Assembly: GCF_001194135.2 (NCBI RefSeq)
Contig: NC_069003.1
Coordinates: forward strand, 29,122,984-29,186,983
Direction: 5' to 3'
Origin: Octopus bimaculoides
Lineage: Eukaryota
Length of the DNA stretch: 64,000 bases
The translations under genes and the position numbers were made by a program. The notes beneath the pieces were generated by a model that did no database searches, was not told the origin of the DNA, and was given only the letters and a program-made list of their open reading frames with translations. Positions 51,427 through 63,772 of the stretch are shown here, piece after piece (position 1 is the first letter of the stretch; each line of letters starts with the position of its first letter).

Positions 51427-51611
51427 CGTGTGTTTGTGTGCATTATGTAAACGCACACACACACACATCTATTATGTATGTTTACATCGTATTAATTAAT
51501 CAATGAAAAGAAAACAGAAGTCATTTAATCACCTTCATTAGCTTACAAATGACAGTTATATGATGTTTGAACGATATCCTACGTAATTACACAACTACCG
51601 AAAATGAAACA
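50414..51611. repeat. Long inverted repeat: arms about 50414-50598 and 51421-51611
   Basis: The arms align as reverse complements over about 185 bp with scattered substitutions and small indels. Confidence 0.9.
50969..51122 (-). mobile_element. SINE family B 5' half, repeated essentially identically about 227 bp downstream (51196-51349)
   Basis: CTTTCAGTTTCTGTCTACCAAATCCACTCACA...CACTTGCCCAAGGTGCTACGCAGTGGGAC. Confidence 0.8.
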
Positions 51612-52150
51612 CGTCTTTTTACGTCTCTGCATATTTGTATGTACTAAGCGCCTATTTATAATAACAACTTGTTCCGATCATTAGCAAACAAGACATTTGT
51701 TTTCTGCAACCCTCTTTCCTTGTATTTGTAGGTTTTCCTGGATTAAACAAGCAGATAATAAATTACTTTCTTTTGCTTTATTTTAGCTTACTTTTATATA
51801 TTTTCGTTTATTTACTTGTGGATATATTCGTATAATAGGCTAAAAGAGGTACAACTTTAACAAAATATTTGATACACACAAGTTCTGGTGTATAATCGTA
51901 TTTATTATGTTACAATAAGTCTTTATTTGGTTATAATAAAGGTACAGCTATAAGTGCGTAGAGGGTGTTAACATCGATTAAATAACTGAATACAGTTGAT
52001 AAAACTATTGTAAATATATGGAATAAATATTTTTATCTCTAACTTGATTGATTAATAAATAATCTCTAAGAACGTGATTCCCACGGTGAAGAGCCTGCTG
52101 TGAATAATATTAGATTGTTACAATCTCTATATGTTTGCGTGTGTGCATTA

Positions 52151-52540
52151 GTTGTAGTTGTTGCTGGCACTCCGTCGCTTACGATGTCGAGGGTTCCAGT
52201 TGATCCGATCAACGGAACAGCCTGCTCGTGAAATTAATCTGCAAGTGGTTGAGCAGTCCACAGACACGTGTACTCTTAACGTAGTTCTTGTGGATATTCA
52301 ACGTGACACAGTGTGACAAGGCTGACCCTTTGAATTACAGACACAACAGAAACAGGAAATAAGAGTGAGAGAAAGTTGTGGTGGAAGAGTACAACAGGGT
52401 TCGCCAGCCTCCCCTGCCGGAGCCTCGTGAAGTTTTAGGTGTTTTCGCTCAATAAACACTCACAACGCCCGGTCTGGGAATCGAAACCGCGATCCTATGA
52501 CCACGAGTAGCTGCCCTAACCACTGGGCCATTGCGCCTCC
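52151..52540 (-). mobile_element. Full-length tRNA-derived SINE, family D, with an RTE-like 3' tail
   Basis: Minus strand starts GGAGGCGCAATGGCCCAGTGGTTAGGGC (A-box), has GGTTTCGATTCC (B-box) and ends CGACGGAGTGCCAGCAACAAC. The RTE origin of the tail is inferred from memory of RTE 3' ends. Confidence 0.85.
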
Positions 52541-52597
52541 ATTTGTGCATTAGTATGTATGTATCTACGCGCACAAGCCCAAACATATACGCATATA

Positions 52598-52812
52598 CTT
52601 GTTTCAAATTTTGGCACAAGACCAGAAATTTTGCGGGAGGAGTAAGTCGATAACATCGAACCCAGTGCTTGACTGATACTTATTTTTGTCGAACCCGAAA
52701 GGATAAAAGGCAAAGCCGAGCATGACGGGATTTAAAATCAGAACGTAAAATACCGAGAAATGGCGCTAAGCAATTTTTTTCCGGCGCGGTGACGATTCAG
52801 CCAACACGCCAT
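52598..52812 (-). mobile_element. SINE family A
   Basis: GTTTCAAATTTTGGCACAAGACCAG...CCCGAAAGGATAAAAGGCAAAG...GACGATTCAGCCAACACGCC. Confidence 0.75.
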
Positions 52813-52872
52813 ACGAGGCGGCGTGTTGTCTGAATCATTTTACTTTCTCTCTGTCTCTCCTTTTCTGTCCCA

Positions 52873-52931
<59 letters not shown>

Positions 52932-52939
52932 ATATATTT

Positions 52940-53207
52940 TTTTATTCTTTTATTTGTTTTTTAGCCATTTGACTGCGGCCATGCTGGAGCACCGCCTTTA
53001 GTCGAACGAATCAACTCCAGGACTTATTCTTNNNNNNNNNNNNNNNNNNNNNNNNNNNNNNNNNNNNNNNNNNNNNNNNNNNNNNNNNNNNNNNNNNNNN
53101 NNNNNNNNNNNNNNNNNNNNNNNNNNNNNNNNNNNNNNNNNNNNNNNNNNNNNNNNNNNNNNNNNNNNNNNNNNNNNNNNNNNNNNNNNNNNNNNNNNNN
53201 NNNNNNN

Positions 53208-53249
<42 letters not shown>

Positions 53250-53378
53250 GTATACAACGGGTTTCTTTCAGTTCCCGTCTACCAAATCCACTCACAAGGA
53301 TTTGGTCGCCCCGAGGCTATAGTAGAAGACACTTGCCCAACGTGCCACGCAGTGAGACTTAACCCGGAATCACGTGGT
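52940..53378 (-). mobile_element. SINE family B with an assembly gap at its internal (CA)n
   Basis: Tail GACTGCGGCCATGCTGGAGCACCGCC before the gap; centre and head ACACTTGCCCAACGTGCCACGCAGTG after it. Confidence 0.8.
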
Positions 53379-54027
53379 GTGTGTGTGTATGTGTGTGTAT
53401 ACACATATATATAACACTGAGGAATTTCTGAGATAAACCCAGCGACAATTGAGTAAATACTGTGGATGACATCAGGTAACCTAAATCAGTGAACATGCTT
53501 CACCGGCTAACTACTAGGAACATAGCCAATAGTTAAGTAATTACTCTATATATATATACCAAATTTCAAAATATTTCTCCTTGGCAAGTGCCCAGGTTCC
53601 TTCAAACAACAACAAAGAAGGAATAAAGAAAGACAATTTATCAACAAGTATAAACCACAATTAAATATAGCCCCAACCACAACCAATAAATAAGAACAGA
53701 CACTTAAAAACAATTTTATACTATATTATTATCGTTTTGGAAAATACTTCTCATCATTTCCTAAATCATTTTTCCAATATTCATATATACTAGCGCAACC
53801 ATACAGACACACATGTACACAAAAAAGAAAATATCACAAGAACACACAAACACAAACACACATACACTCTCACACACATACAAACGAAAATATCACAAAA
53901 ACACATTCACAACTCTGTACCTACACACACAAACACATACACATACACACATACGCACCAAAGAAACATCACAAAAAGTACACTTACAAACATATCCATA
54001 CATACACTCACACACACACACACACAC

Positions 54028-54061
<34 letters not shown>

Positions 54062-54177
54062 ACACATATACAATCCTAATTCTTTCTTCAACAAGAGAAA
54101 TTCTTCACAGGATACACACCCATCAACTCACAGCTGGTCATTTTTCAAAACATATTCAAAGGACATACATTCACCAC

Positions 54178-54223
<46 letters not shown>

Positions 54224-54711
54224 TACACGCAAACACAAACACAGACACACATGCACACACACACACACACACATACACATACACTTGCACACAGTTGGAA
54301 ATAAAACTCATTCAATAAATACTTTCTAGCCATTCCCTTGGCAGGAACACACAAAGATTTCTTTTAGACAATAGACACCCCTTCTCTCACTCTCTAACAC
54401 TTTGAACTCTATACCAAACTATATTTAAAGAAGACTCCGACGAAAAATCTCCAGACATGTTCTTGACCCCCAGACAGAAGAATTACTGTTTTTACCTCAA
54501 ACTTTTATAAATTTTTAATGATATTTGTTTGATAAGATAAGATACATCGAAACCGGTAATATTTTCTTTATATATTTTTTAAAACCGTTTTCATTAAATT
54601 CCTTCTTAAATTGAAATGTCTTAGACTTACATCTGTACTATTTCTACCTGCATCTATTATATATAAAAAGGGATATATGTAGGTAATTGGTTTAGTGATT
54701 ATCATGATGTA

Positions 54712-54858
54712 GTGTTTGAATAACATCAGTCGCGTGGATTGGAGAGGCTTGTATGCATAGGAGACTTCTGGTCTTTCATAAACAACCTTGTCTGGGCTTG
54801 TGCTGTGGAGGGAACTTTGTAGGTACAATCCCATGATCATTCATGACCTAAAGTGTCT
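54712..54858 (+). mobile_element. SINE family C 3' half
   Basis: Aligns with the reverse complement of 24085-24242 (...GTACAATCCCATGATCATTCATGACC). Confidence 0.65.
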
Positions 54859-56869
54859 TTGCCCTTTACATATCTATCTATCTACACATATATATATGTA
54901 TGTGTGTATGTATGTATGTATATATATATGTATGTATATATATATNNNNNNNNNNNNNNNNNNNNNNNNNNNNNNNNNNNNNNNNNNNNNNNNNNNNNNN
55001 NNNNNNNNNNNNNNNNNNNNNNNNNNNNNNNNNNNNNNNNNNNNNNNNNNNNNNNNNNNNNNNNNNNNNNNNNNNNNNNNNNNNNNNNNNNNNNNNNNNN
55101 NNNNNNNNNNNNNNNNNNNNNNNNNNNNNNNNNNNNNNNNNNNNNNNNNNNNNNNNNNNNNNNNNNNNNNNNNNNNNNNNNNNNNNNNNNNNNNNNNNNN
55201 NNNNNNNNNNNNNNNNNNNNNNNNNNNNNNNNNNNNNNNNNNNNNNNNNNNNNNNNNNNNNNNNNNNNNNNNNNNNNNNNNNNNNNNNNNNNNNNNNNNN
55301 NNNNNNNNNNNNNNNNNNNNNNNNNNNNNNNNNNNNNNNNNNNNNNNNNNNNNNNNNNNNNNNNNNNNNNNNNNNNNNNNNNNNNNNNNNNNNNNNNNNN
55401 NNNNNNNNNNNNNNNNNNNNNNNNNNNNNNNNNNNNNNNNNNNNNNNNNNNNNNNNNNNNNNNNNNNNNNNNNNNNNNNNAGAGAGAGAGAGAGAGAGAG
55501 AGATTTAGTTAACTGAATGTTAGTGATTTAAAGTTGATTAGCTTTGAATAACAATGGAATAGATGTATATGTGAAAACTGAATACAAAGAATTTTGTCAA
55601 ATTTATCTTTCATCTGAGTCCTTCACTTCAGATCGAGCAATTCGTGTAGTATGCACCATGAATTGGCAAACAATTTATTTGACTACGGAGACATGAACAG
55701 AAAGATATGAAAATCCCCGGAAAGTATGCAAAAGTGATGATGTTATATATGCTTAACATGACAGGTGGTTGAGAGCTGTCAATGAATGCCTATGAACGAC
55801 ATAGCTTATAAAATTCTATGAACATGCCTCCGAACTGTATTCTCGACAGCCGATCAAAGTCAACTTGAAGGGGGATACTAAAATATTATATACCAATATT
55901 AACCAGTCAATATGTATTGCGGTTTTATATATCGGCGTGATTAGCAAAGGACGAAGGACACAAAAATATGAACAATAATAAAGCTGAAGTGCAGAAAAAA
56001 TTTATAGTGTGTGTATTTATTTGGCAAAAAAAAAATGGTTCTCCCGTAATATAACAAATTTATATATATATATTGTCTAGAAATGCATTATGTGACCTTT
56101 CAATTGCACGTTCCCAAAATTTAAAATAACCCTGATATTTCACATGGTAAATTCTGAATAATGAAATAATTGCAGCTTCCAAATAAATCTTGTCATCTAA
56201 TGAGGTGTACGGCATGTTATTTGTAATTCCGCTTCTCAGCGAATGAAAACTACTGCCAAATGCAATGCAATCCTAAAGTGGAGTAAAAAAAAAATCTCTC
56301 GTTTGATATGATAGAAGTCACAGTAAACTCCTCAGAGTGAAGTTTCTTTGTAAAGCAAATGACAGTTTAGTTTCCTTGTCAAGTAACATAGCTGTATCAC
56401 TTAACATGAGAGTAAACTTGTAGAACGGCATTAACATCCGATGACGGAAATTTAGACAGCAGTGAGTCGCATGTGTGAGAGTAAAATGTCATTTCAAGTG
56501 GATGCTGTTATACGTAAAGTTTCTCAGGCACGCAAATATGCAAGTTGTGATCTAGCTGAGAAAAGATGCTCTTTCTGCCAACCAGGGAACAATAAGCAAG
56601 ACATTTCACTAGTTCCAGAGACTTCAGGTAAAACGGAAGGAATGGTACTATATTCTCTGTCCTGACAATCGCAGAGAATTTACATTGAGTAATTTTAAGA
56701 CAATCAACTTTGACGTATTTACTTTGAGTCCTATCAATGTAATTTAGAGCTTCTCAGTCCACTGATATTGTGTTGCCTTGCATTTAGCAGCAGTTTTCAA
56801 TCGCTAAGAAGCAAAATTATAAATAAAAATTCTTATTTCTCTTTATACGACGATAAGATTTATTTGGAA

Positions 56870-57074
56870 AGGGCGGCATGCTGGCAGAAACGTTGCACGC
56901 CAGGCAAAATGCTTAGTCTGTTTTTCTGCTCAGAGTTCAAATTCAGCCGAGGTCGACTCTGCCTTTCATCTTTTCGTGGTCGATGAATTAAGTACCAGTT
57001 ACGTACTGGGGATCGATCTAATTGACTGGCTCCCTCCCCCCAAATTTCGGAACTTGTGATTAGGGTAGAAAAGA
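56870..57074 (+). mobile_element. SINE family A, full length, with 17-bp TSD
   Basis: ATAAGATTTATTTGGAA at 56853-56869 and 57075-57091 flanks the element exactly. Confidence 0.9.
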
Positions 57075-60000
57075 ATAAGATTTATTTGGAAGCTGCAACC
57101 ATTTCGTTATTCATCATGCGATATGCCAGGGTTATTTTTAAATTCCATGTAATTTACCAACATTCCACCATTTTTAAATAAGATTACAGAAAATCAATTG
57201 ATATCCATCGAGTATTCACAGTGCTCAATGCACCAACACATCGACGAAGAAGCATGATTTCAGTTTCTAATTGCTACTCTCATGGGTATGTCTGCTTTAT
57301 ACAAATTTCGTGTATACACGTATTTCAGCCTCACACCTCAATGTTGGCGTTGAGTGTTTTCGTGACTGTTTTGTTGGAATATTCACACCTGCCGTACCAT
57401 ACTATCTCATACTTTTGGCAACTTAAGTTATAATAGCCCTGATTAATCTCAAATATTTTTTTCCATATCTGTTTGTGCCGTCAGTTTTAATTATTGGTTT
57501 TGACATCCACTGCTTTGTTTATAATTCTTTCCGACATTATTTCCCTGTTAGACGAAGAGCAGGATTTGAATTAATGTCTTCCGTATTTCATCTACATGTG
57601 CTTTGCTTTGTTTTAATTTGTCTGCCGAGATTGTAATTTCCTCTTGCACTCTGCGTGAAATACTCATAAAGGAGGCGACGGTGGAGCTGTAAGCTGTCTT
57701 TTTTCTTTGTGTGGTGCCAGCGGAGGTGGAAATTGATGGTGTGTAGTCCGGGCAATATTAATTTTTGTTCATTTTTCCCTCGTTCTCGTGTTTGTTATTG
57801 TTTTCGCCAGTGTTATTATGTTCTTTTTCATTCAGTTAATGTTGTTGTTGTATCTAGTATTTTTGCTGTTGTCTCGGTCGTCGTTGCCTATGGCAATGGT
57901 GTTGGTGGTGGTTCGGGACAGCGGTAGGAAAGTTTTATTAAAATGTTCGCTTTCTTTCACTTCGGCATTTCACGAGAAATTCGACTCCAAGTTTTGTTTT
58001 TATTTTTCAAATAGGGCAGATTTTGAAAATGAAACAATTTCAGACCTCGAATAGCTGAAATTAAATGAAATAATTTACAATGTTTGCAAGTTAGCTGATA
58101 AAAATATTCGGTACAACAAAAATATAAATAAATAACAACAACAGATTAGACCACGCTCCTTTTCCATACAATGCCAGAAAGTGGCTCTCATGGATTAACT
58201 GAGTGTGTGTGTGTGTGTGTGTGCGCGTGTATATTTATATATATATATATATATACAGAGAGAGAGAGAGAAGAAAATCTTTAAACGGCCAAATCGAAGG
58301 ATATCAGGTACTGACAATGAAGAAACTGCACCGGTTTTTATAGTAAGGTTGTAATTGCTATGGTTACTAATCGGTGATTTAAGGAGAATTTGGCTGTTGT
58401 TTCTAGCACATCTAAAGACAACTCTCCTCGTTTCTTTATCGCTCTCGCATGCGTTAATGTTCTTCAATATCCCCCCCCCCCTAATTACATTTATATGCCA
58501 TACAAAAGACAATTTGAGAAATTATGAATGTTTTGCTCCTCACTCCTTGCGTTTGATTGTTTTTGTTTAGAAATTAAAATATTGGAGAACCTGACAAGGT
58601 CCGCAGTGATTTTAAAAAACAGTTATGTAAACGATAATTCATTTTAATAGCATACTTTTTGGTTAGGAAATGTTTTTTCTTATACAAACACGGCTTCGCT
58701 TGATTGAGGTGGGGGTAAAAATTTGGATTACAATTTATTTTGTTGCTTATATTCCACTAATGGACTACGTGTTTGTTACTTCGGCATCATCATTCCATAA
58801 AATGTGTTTAATGAAGCAAAAATACTAAATAAACATCAACGCGTGTGGAGTGAAAAGGGAGGGTGGTTTGGGTTGTGTTACAAACAACTACGAAACCTCT
58901 GCTCTACTTCTGAAAATATTTACATTTTTTTTTTTTTTTTTACTGAAAAGGCTCCACCCATGGTTTTTAAGTTAAGGAATAAAATGGCCAAAATCCGCCC
59001 GGATAGTTTTTATTATAAGGCTGATAGCATTCCAAACAGCCATAACAACAAAATCACTTTTGAATTTATTTACAAAAATTATACATATATTTTAAACAAC
59101 TCTCATTCAATAAATAATGTTTATGCATTACGTATACATTAATACAATGCACTTCGGTTTTCCAAATAGCGAATTAAAACTTGAAATGAAAATATTGAAA
59201 GAGAAAGTGAGAGAATTTGGAAATGAAAATGGGATACTCCGCAGTGAATGCAATGAATATTTAAATTTGTGGAGAATTGGATGCACTGAATGCAATGAAT
59301 ATTTAAATTTGCGAGAAATTGGAGTTAAAAATTCAGTAAACTTGAGAAATCGAAATTATAAGAAATTTCTTAGGAAATGAATTTATAAAAATATCTTCAG
59401 TCGGTCACACATTTAATAATTGCTTTCTTTTATTACCTTTAGTAACTGTTAGATACCTAAATAATAAGCAGCTTTCTCCATTATAGTATAGAAGATGCTA
59501 TGTGTGAGTTTTGTCGTTTTAGCGCATATTGTATCTGTTGTATTAATGTGGTGAATTTAATTCGTGCATTTCGACAATTTGGTCTTCAAAGTATTCAATA
59601 TTGATTGGTGTTAATCCAGTTCTTTACATTTCAATTTTTAACAGTAGATTTTTGTGCATACACAAAAAATCAGCAACATTAGAAGTATTTATAATTTAGG
59701 AAATGACAAATTAGAAGATTAAACTAACATGTCTGGCTTTTTAGCTCAGTTTCCGTTAATCGCTGTCCTACATTATATTTCTATAGTGTTATAATGCAAT
59801 TGGCATCTAATACTTTATTCTACGTCTAAACATCTGTAGGCGATACGTTATTCATTGGAATTATTTGTTTCCAACAAAAAACGTCTGCAAATATATGCCC
59901 ATTAGTCACGAATGCACTAGCATATATGTATGATGTATGTATAATATCATAAGACCCAGTGACATATTTAAATGTACATTATTTGGATAAACAACATTTT

Positions 60001-60239
60001 TGGAGAAAATATTATGGTTGAAAGCTTAATCGTAATAAAAGCATACTAAAAGAAAAATTGCAATAATTAAAGCTATGTACAGTTTATGTAAAACGACCAA
60101 GGTAGTAAAGTGTATAAATAATACCGCTTTTTTAATTGCATGAACTGAAAGTCGGAGGGGGACGAGATAAACTACCTGCATCAACTTGCTTTAAAAGCAG
60201 GTAGTAAATTTATCTTATCCTTATTCTTAGTGCAAGATT

Positions 60240-60700
60240 TGAGGAATATTAATCCAGAATATGTGGATCGGACAATAAGCGTAAGGCGGTGTCAATAGTG
60301 GTTCCAAAAGTTCCGGGCCAGAAACGACAGCCTAGAAGACGAGCCTCGTCCTGAAAGATCTGTAGAGCTCAACGAGGACGTCCTGTAAACTCTGCTGGAA
60401 CAAAATTCCATCGTAACTGTTGAGGAACTAGCAGAGAAGCTTGGATTTGGTCTTTCAAGCATTCATCGACACCTGCGTGCCATCCGAAAAGTCAGCAAAT
60501 TGGGTGAAGGGTTCCTCACACGCTTTCTATGTCTAATGGCGCGCAGAGATTGAATGTGTCTCTTCTTTGTTGTCACGCCTCACGAATGAAGCTTTTGGGG
60601 ATCGAATAGTGACTGGTGGCTAGAAATAAGTTCTCTATAAAAATGTCAAGCCCCGAAGACTGTGGGTTGGGAAAGAAGAAACACTGGCACAGCAGTACCA
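60240..60700 (+). mobile_element. Mariner transposase remnant (HTH to first catalytic Asp region), with stops and frameshifts
   Basis: RNINPEYVDRTISVRRCQ*WFQKFRARNDSLEDEPRP...TVEELAEKLGFGLSSIHRHLRAIRKVSKLG / VPHTLS / RIVTGG*K*VLYKN..WVGK matches the mariner motifs WF.KF, EDEPRSGRP, WVPHEL and IVTGDEKW. Confidence 0.9.
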
Positions 60701-61050
60701 ATTGGTATGAGTACCAATCTTCTATATAAATGTACCATGGACAGAAAGGAAGGGCCCTGTGTTTACATTGGGCAGATGGCTGATTCATTTAAGAATCGTT
60801 ATCGTAACCATGTTGCCAGCTTTAAGACAATCAATAAGAGGCATTCAACATCTTTGGCAGATTTTGTATGGCGACTGAAGGAGGATAAAACGAAGTATAG
60901 CATTAATTGGTCCATAGTAAGGTATGCGAAACCATAAAATATAATTTCCAGGAGATGCCGTCTCTGCCCTGTCGATTCTGTGGACTAGCAAGAAGATAAT
61001 ATAATTTCTGAGCGACTTTCGAGATGCTTACACGCATATAAATGTACTAT
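60700..61050 (+). mobile_element. Penelope-like element GIY-YIG endonuclease remnant
   Basis: NLLYKCT...VYIGQMADSFKNRYRNHVASFKTINKRHSTSLADFVWRLKEDKTKYSINWSIVRYAKP*..SRRCRLC is the typical Penelope-like C-terminal GIY-YIG pattern. Confidence 0.8.
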
Positions 61051-61869
61051 AGAACAATGCAGTGAGAATGAGTTTTGAGTAACCGATAACTTAATGTAAT
61101 TTACTGTGTTTGTGTGTGTGTTTGCGTGTATGTATGTATGTATGTATGTATGTATGTATGATCAGCATGCCAAGTGAGATTATACACGAGTCGAAACGAA
61201 TCATTAGCATAATTTCGGCATCTTGGAAATATCCTGAAATTTTGAGCAACGCTAAACATTATTTGACGCAGTGAAATTAAAATTTGATGTTGTGAAACAC
61301 AATTAATGCCTCAATAGAAGGAGACTTTGACACATTATCTGTTGAAATGACGCTGCCATGATAGGCCACTGATAACATCGTCTATGCAATTTCAGAGACA
61401 TTGATATGACTAGAAGAAATTTCTTGTGGCTTATAATTTATAGGAAAATTAAATTGAATTAAAAATGATTGCCGTGTACTTTTGCAGCTTCGTTTAAAGG
61501 TAATATAATATTTCATTGGAGTAAGTTTGATAACTGCTGTGTAATATATTTATAAATTAGGAAATACAATTACTGCAGTTGAAAATATTGTTTTTCTTTT
61601 TTCTTAAATTCGTTTCGAATACAAATTTAATAACACTGACATAATTATGGATTATTATTTTTCTGATTGGAATGTAATACAAGTTTGTAGCGTAGGAGCA
61701 AAATTATAAAAATTAAGCAGGTGATGGTTGAAAGAATTTAATAGATTGAATTATATCTTGTTTGGTTCATCTTTTTCTTTTTTCGAGCTGTGAAGTAGTA
61801 TACCAAGATAGCGAAGTTATTAATTATCCGTCAATCTTGGATAATTATTTTAAACATGAGTGGAAGGCC

Positions 61870-62155
61870 TGCAATTTGAAGGAGTAATCAATGGATTTAA
61901 ATCGACCTCAGAATTTGACCGGTTCTTTATTATTATTCGTTAGTGAAACGGAAATCAAGATGAGACACGGGGTAACTGACGTAACGCCTCCCCAGAAATT
62001 TTTGGCCTTATGTCAAAACTTGAAACCATTATTACTACTTAAGTGGTGAGCTAGCAGAGCTGCTAATGCATCTGAAAAACACTTTCACAATATTTTGTCG
62101 TCACATTTTATATTCTGGTTTTAGTTTCCGCTGACGTCAACTTCGCATTTTAGTA
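61870..62155. mobile_element. Cluster of diverged SINE family A fragments in both orientations
   Basis: Tail CTTGAAACCATTATTACT at about 62020 is followed directly by head GTGGTGAGCTAGCAGA. Confidence 0.5.
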
Positions 62156-62264
62156 TAAAAATGTGTAGATAAAAATAAATTAGCAATCAAGAACTTTGGT
62201 CTATAGCATCCACTTATATCCTCCGCTTACATATGCGCCCCGATTATTATTATTATTATTATTA

Positions 62265-62297
<33 letters not shown>

Positions 62298-62419
62298 GAT
62301 TGTTATTATTTTTGTTATTATCATTATTATGAATATTATTATTTTTATTATCATTATTATTATTGTTATTATGACATCGACTTAACTGAAGTCATACTAA
62401 CCGCCAAATACACTCCCTT

Positions 62420-62692
62420 GTACAGGAGGTGATTGCAGCTTTGAAGCTCACGATACGGATTCCCGGCGACGCATTATGTCCTTGAGCAAGACACTTTATT
62501 TCACGTTGCTCCAATTTTCTCGGCCAGTAAAAATGAGCCGTGCTTGTAATCAAAAGGGCCAACTATATCCCATTCTGTATTACACTGAATCTTCCTGAGT
62601 ACCACCTTAAGGCTACGCGTGACTGTGAAGCAGGCTGTTCGGTTGATCAAAGCTACTGCAACACTCCTCGTCGTAGCCCACGGAGGGCCACT
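62420..62692 (+). mobile_element. SINE with a family C-like centre and a family D-like tail
   Basis: GTCCTTGAGCAAGACACTTTATTTCACGTTGCTCCA, then AGCAGGCTGTTCGGTTGATC...CGTCGTAGCCCACGGAGGGCCA. Confidence 0.65.
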
Positions 62693-63290
62693 CTATTCTA
62701 TTTGCGACCATTCTAGTAGTACAGATAATCGCTAGCGAAGAGCATAAATGTGTTTGATATGGAGTTTAGCGTGATGCTCCTAATTACTTTAGCCGTTGTT
62801 CTTAATCACGTTAGTGCTGAATATTTTGTGTTGTGTATATATGAATAATTTGAGTTGAATTATTTTAATGCTTATTAAAGCTGTGGAGTTTAATGTAAAT
62901 GATTAATGTATATTTATTACGCACTTGTAATACAAAGCGTGTGTTGTGTGCGATGATTATTCTATTTGGTACTGAATCAATAATATCTAGCGCAGGAAAT
63001 GTGGACTTGCTCGTAGAGCTATTTTTGGAACACGCAAAGTATTGGTGATTCCTTGAATGGCTTCCATGGTTTTGTTCACATTTGTTATTTATTGAGCTGT
63101 CAGATTCATTAGTATCGGATAATATGCATTACGGACTCTGTTCTCGCTACGTAAGCTCTGATTTAAAGCCACATCGCGGACAACTTTGCCTCCTATCGCT
63201 CTGGGCTTCAGAGATGAAATGCCAATTTAGTATTGAGGATGAATAGTATCAACAAACTCCAGCCATTCAACGTATATATGCATATATGTA

Positions 63291-63296
<6 letters not shown>

Positions 63297-63344
<48 letters not shown>

Positions 63345-63400
63345 GGGAGAGAGCGAGAGAGAGAGAGAGAGAGAGAGTGAGAGTGAGTGAGTAAGAGAGA
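63297..63400 (+). repeat. (GA)n microsatellite
   Basis: Direct reading. Confidence 0.95.
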
Positions 63401-63405
63401 TTAAA

Positions 63406-63772
63406 GATTATTTGCCAACATAATGTGGCAGACCTGATTATGACGATAGTTAATGTTGTTTAGCGCCAGGAAACATCGTCTCCAGCTGGCTATCGACACA
63501 CTATCTGCGTCCTTATATTTTCGGACAGGGCAATTCAGTGTCCCCACTCAGCTCTAAAGCAATATCTGTCTACCTATCGTTTCTGAATGATTTCTCTTCA
63601 TTTGAACAGAATAACTGCTTAGTTAGAGATGCCGACACTAAATCCTTGTTCGAAATATATATATTTCAAAGCGACACACAGACACTGCTCTCAATATGAC
63701 GATATTTCCTGGGGCTAAATAACAGTAACAATCGTCCTAATCAGGATTGCCACATTATGTTAGCAAATAATC
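63406..63772. mobile_element. MITE-like element with about 75-bp terminal inverted repeats
   Basis: 63406-63480 (GATTATTTGCCAACATAATGTGGCA...CATCGTC) is the reverse complement of 63698-63772 (GACGAT...TGCCACATTATGTTAGCAAATAATC), with a few mismatches. No clear TSD. Confidence 0.7.

Noticed and set aside
52151-52540. tRNA gene
   Set aside because: The A/B boxes belong to a SINE head; there is no complete cloverleaf, and a long SINE body follows.
56462-56665. Cys-containing ORF resembling a transposase or zinc-finger tail
   Set aside because: Only a single CxxC and no further motif; cannot be supported.
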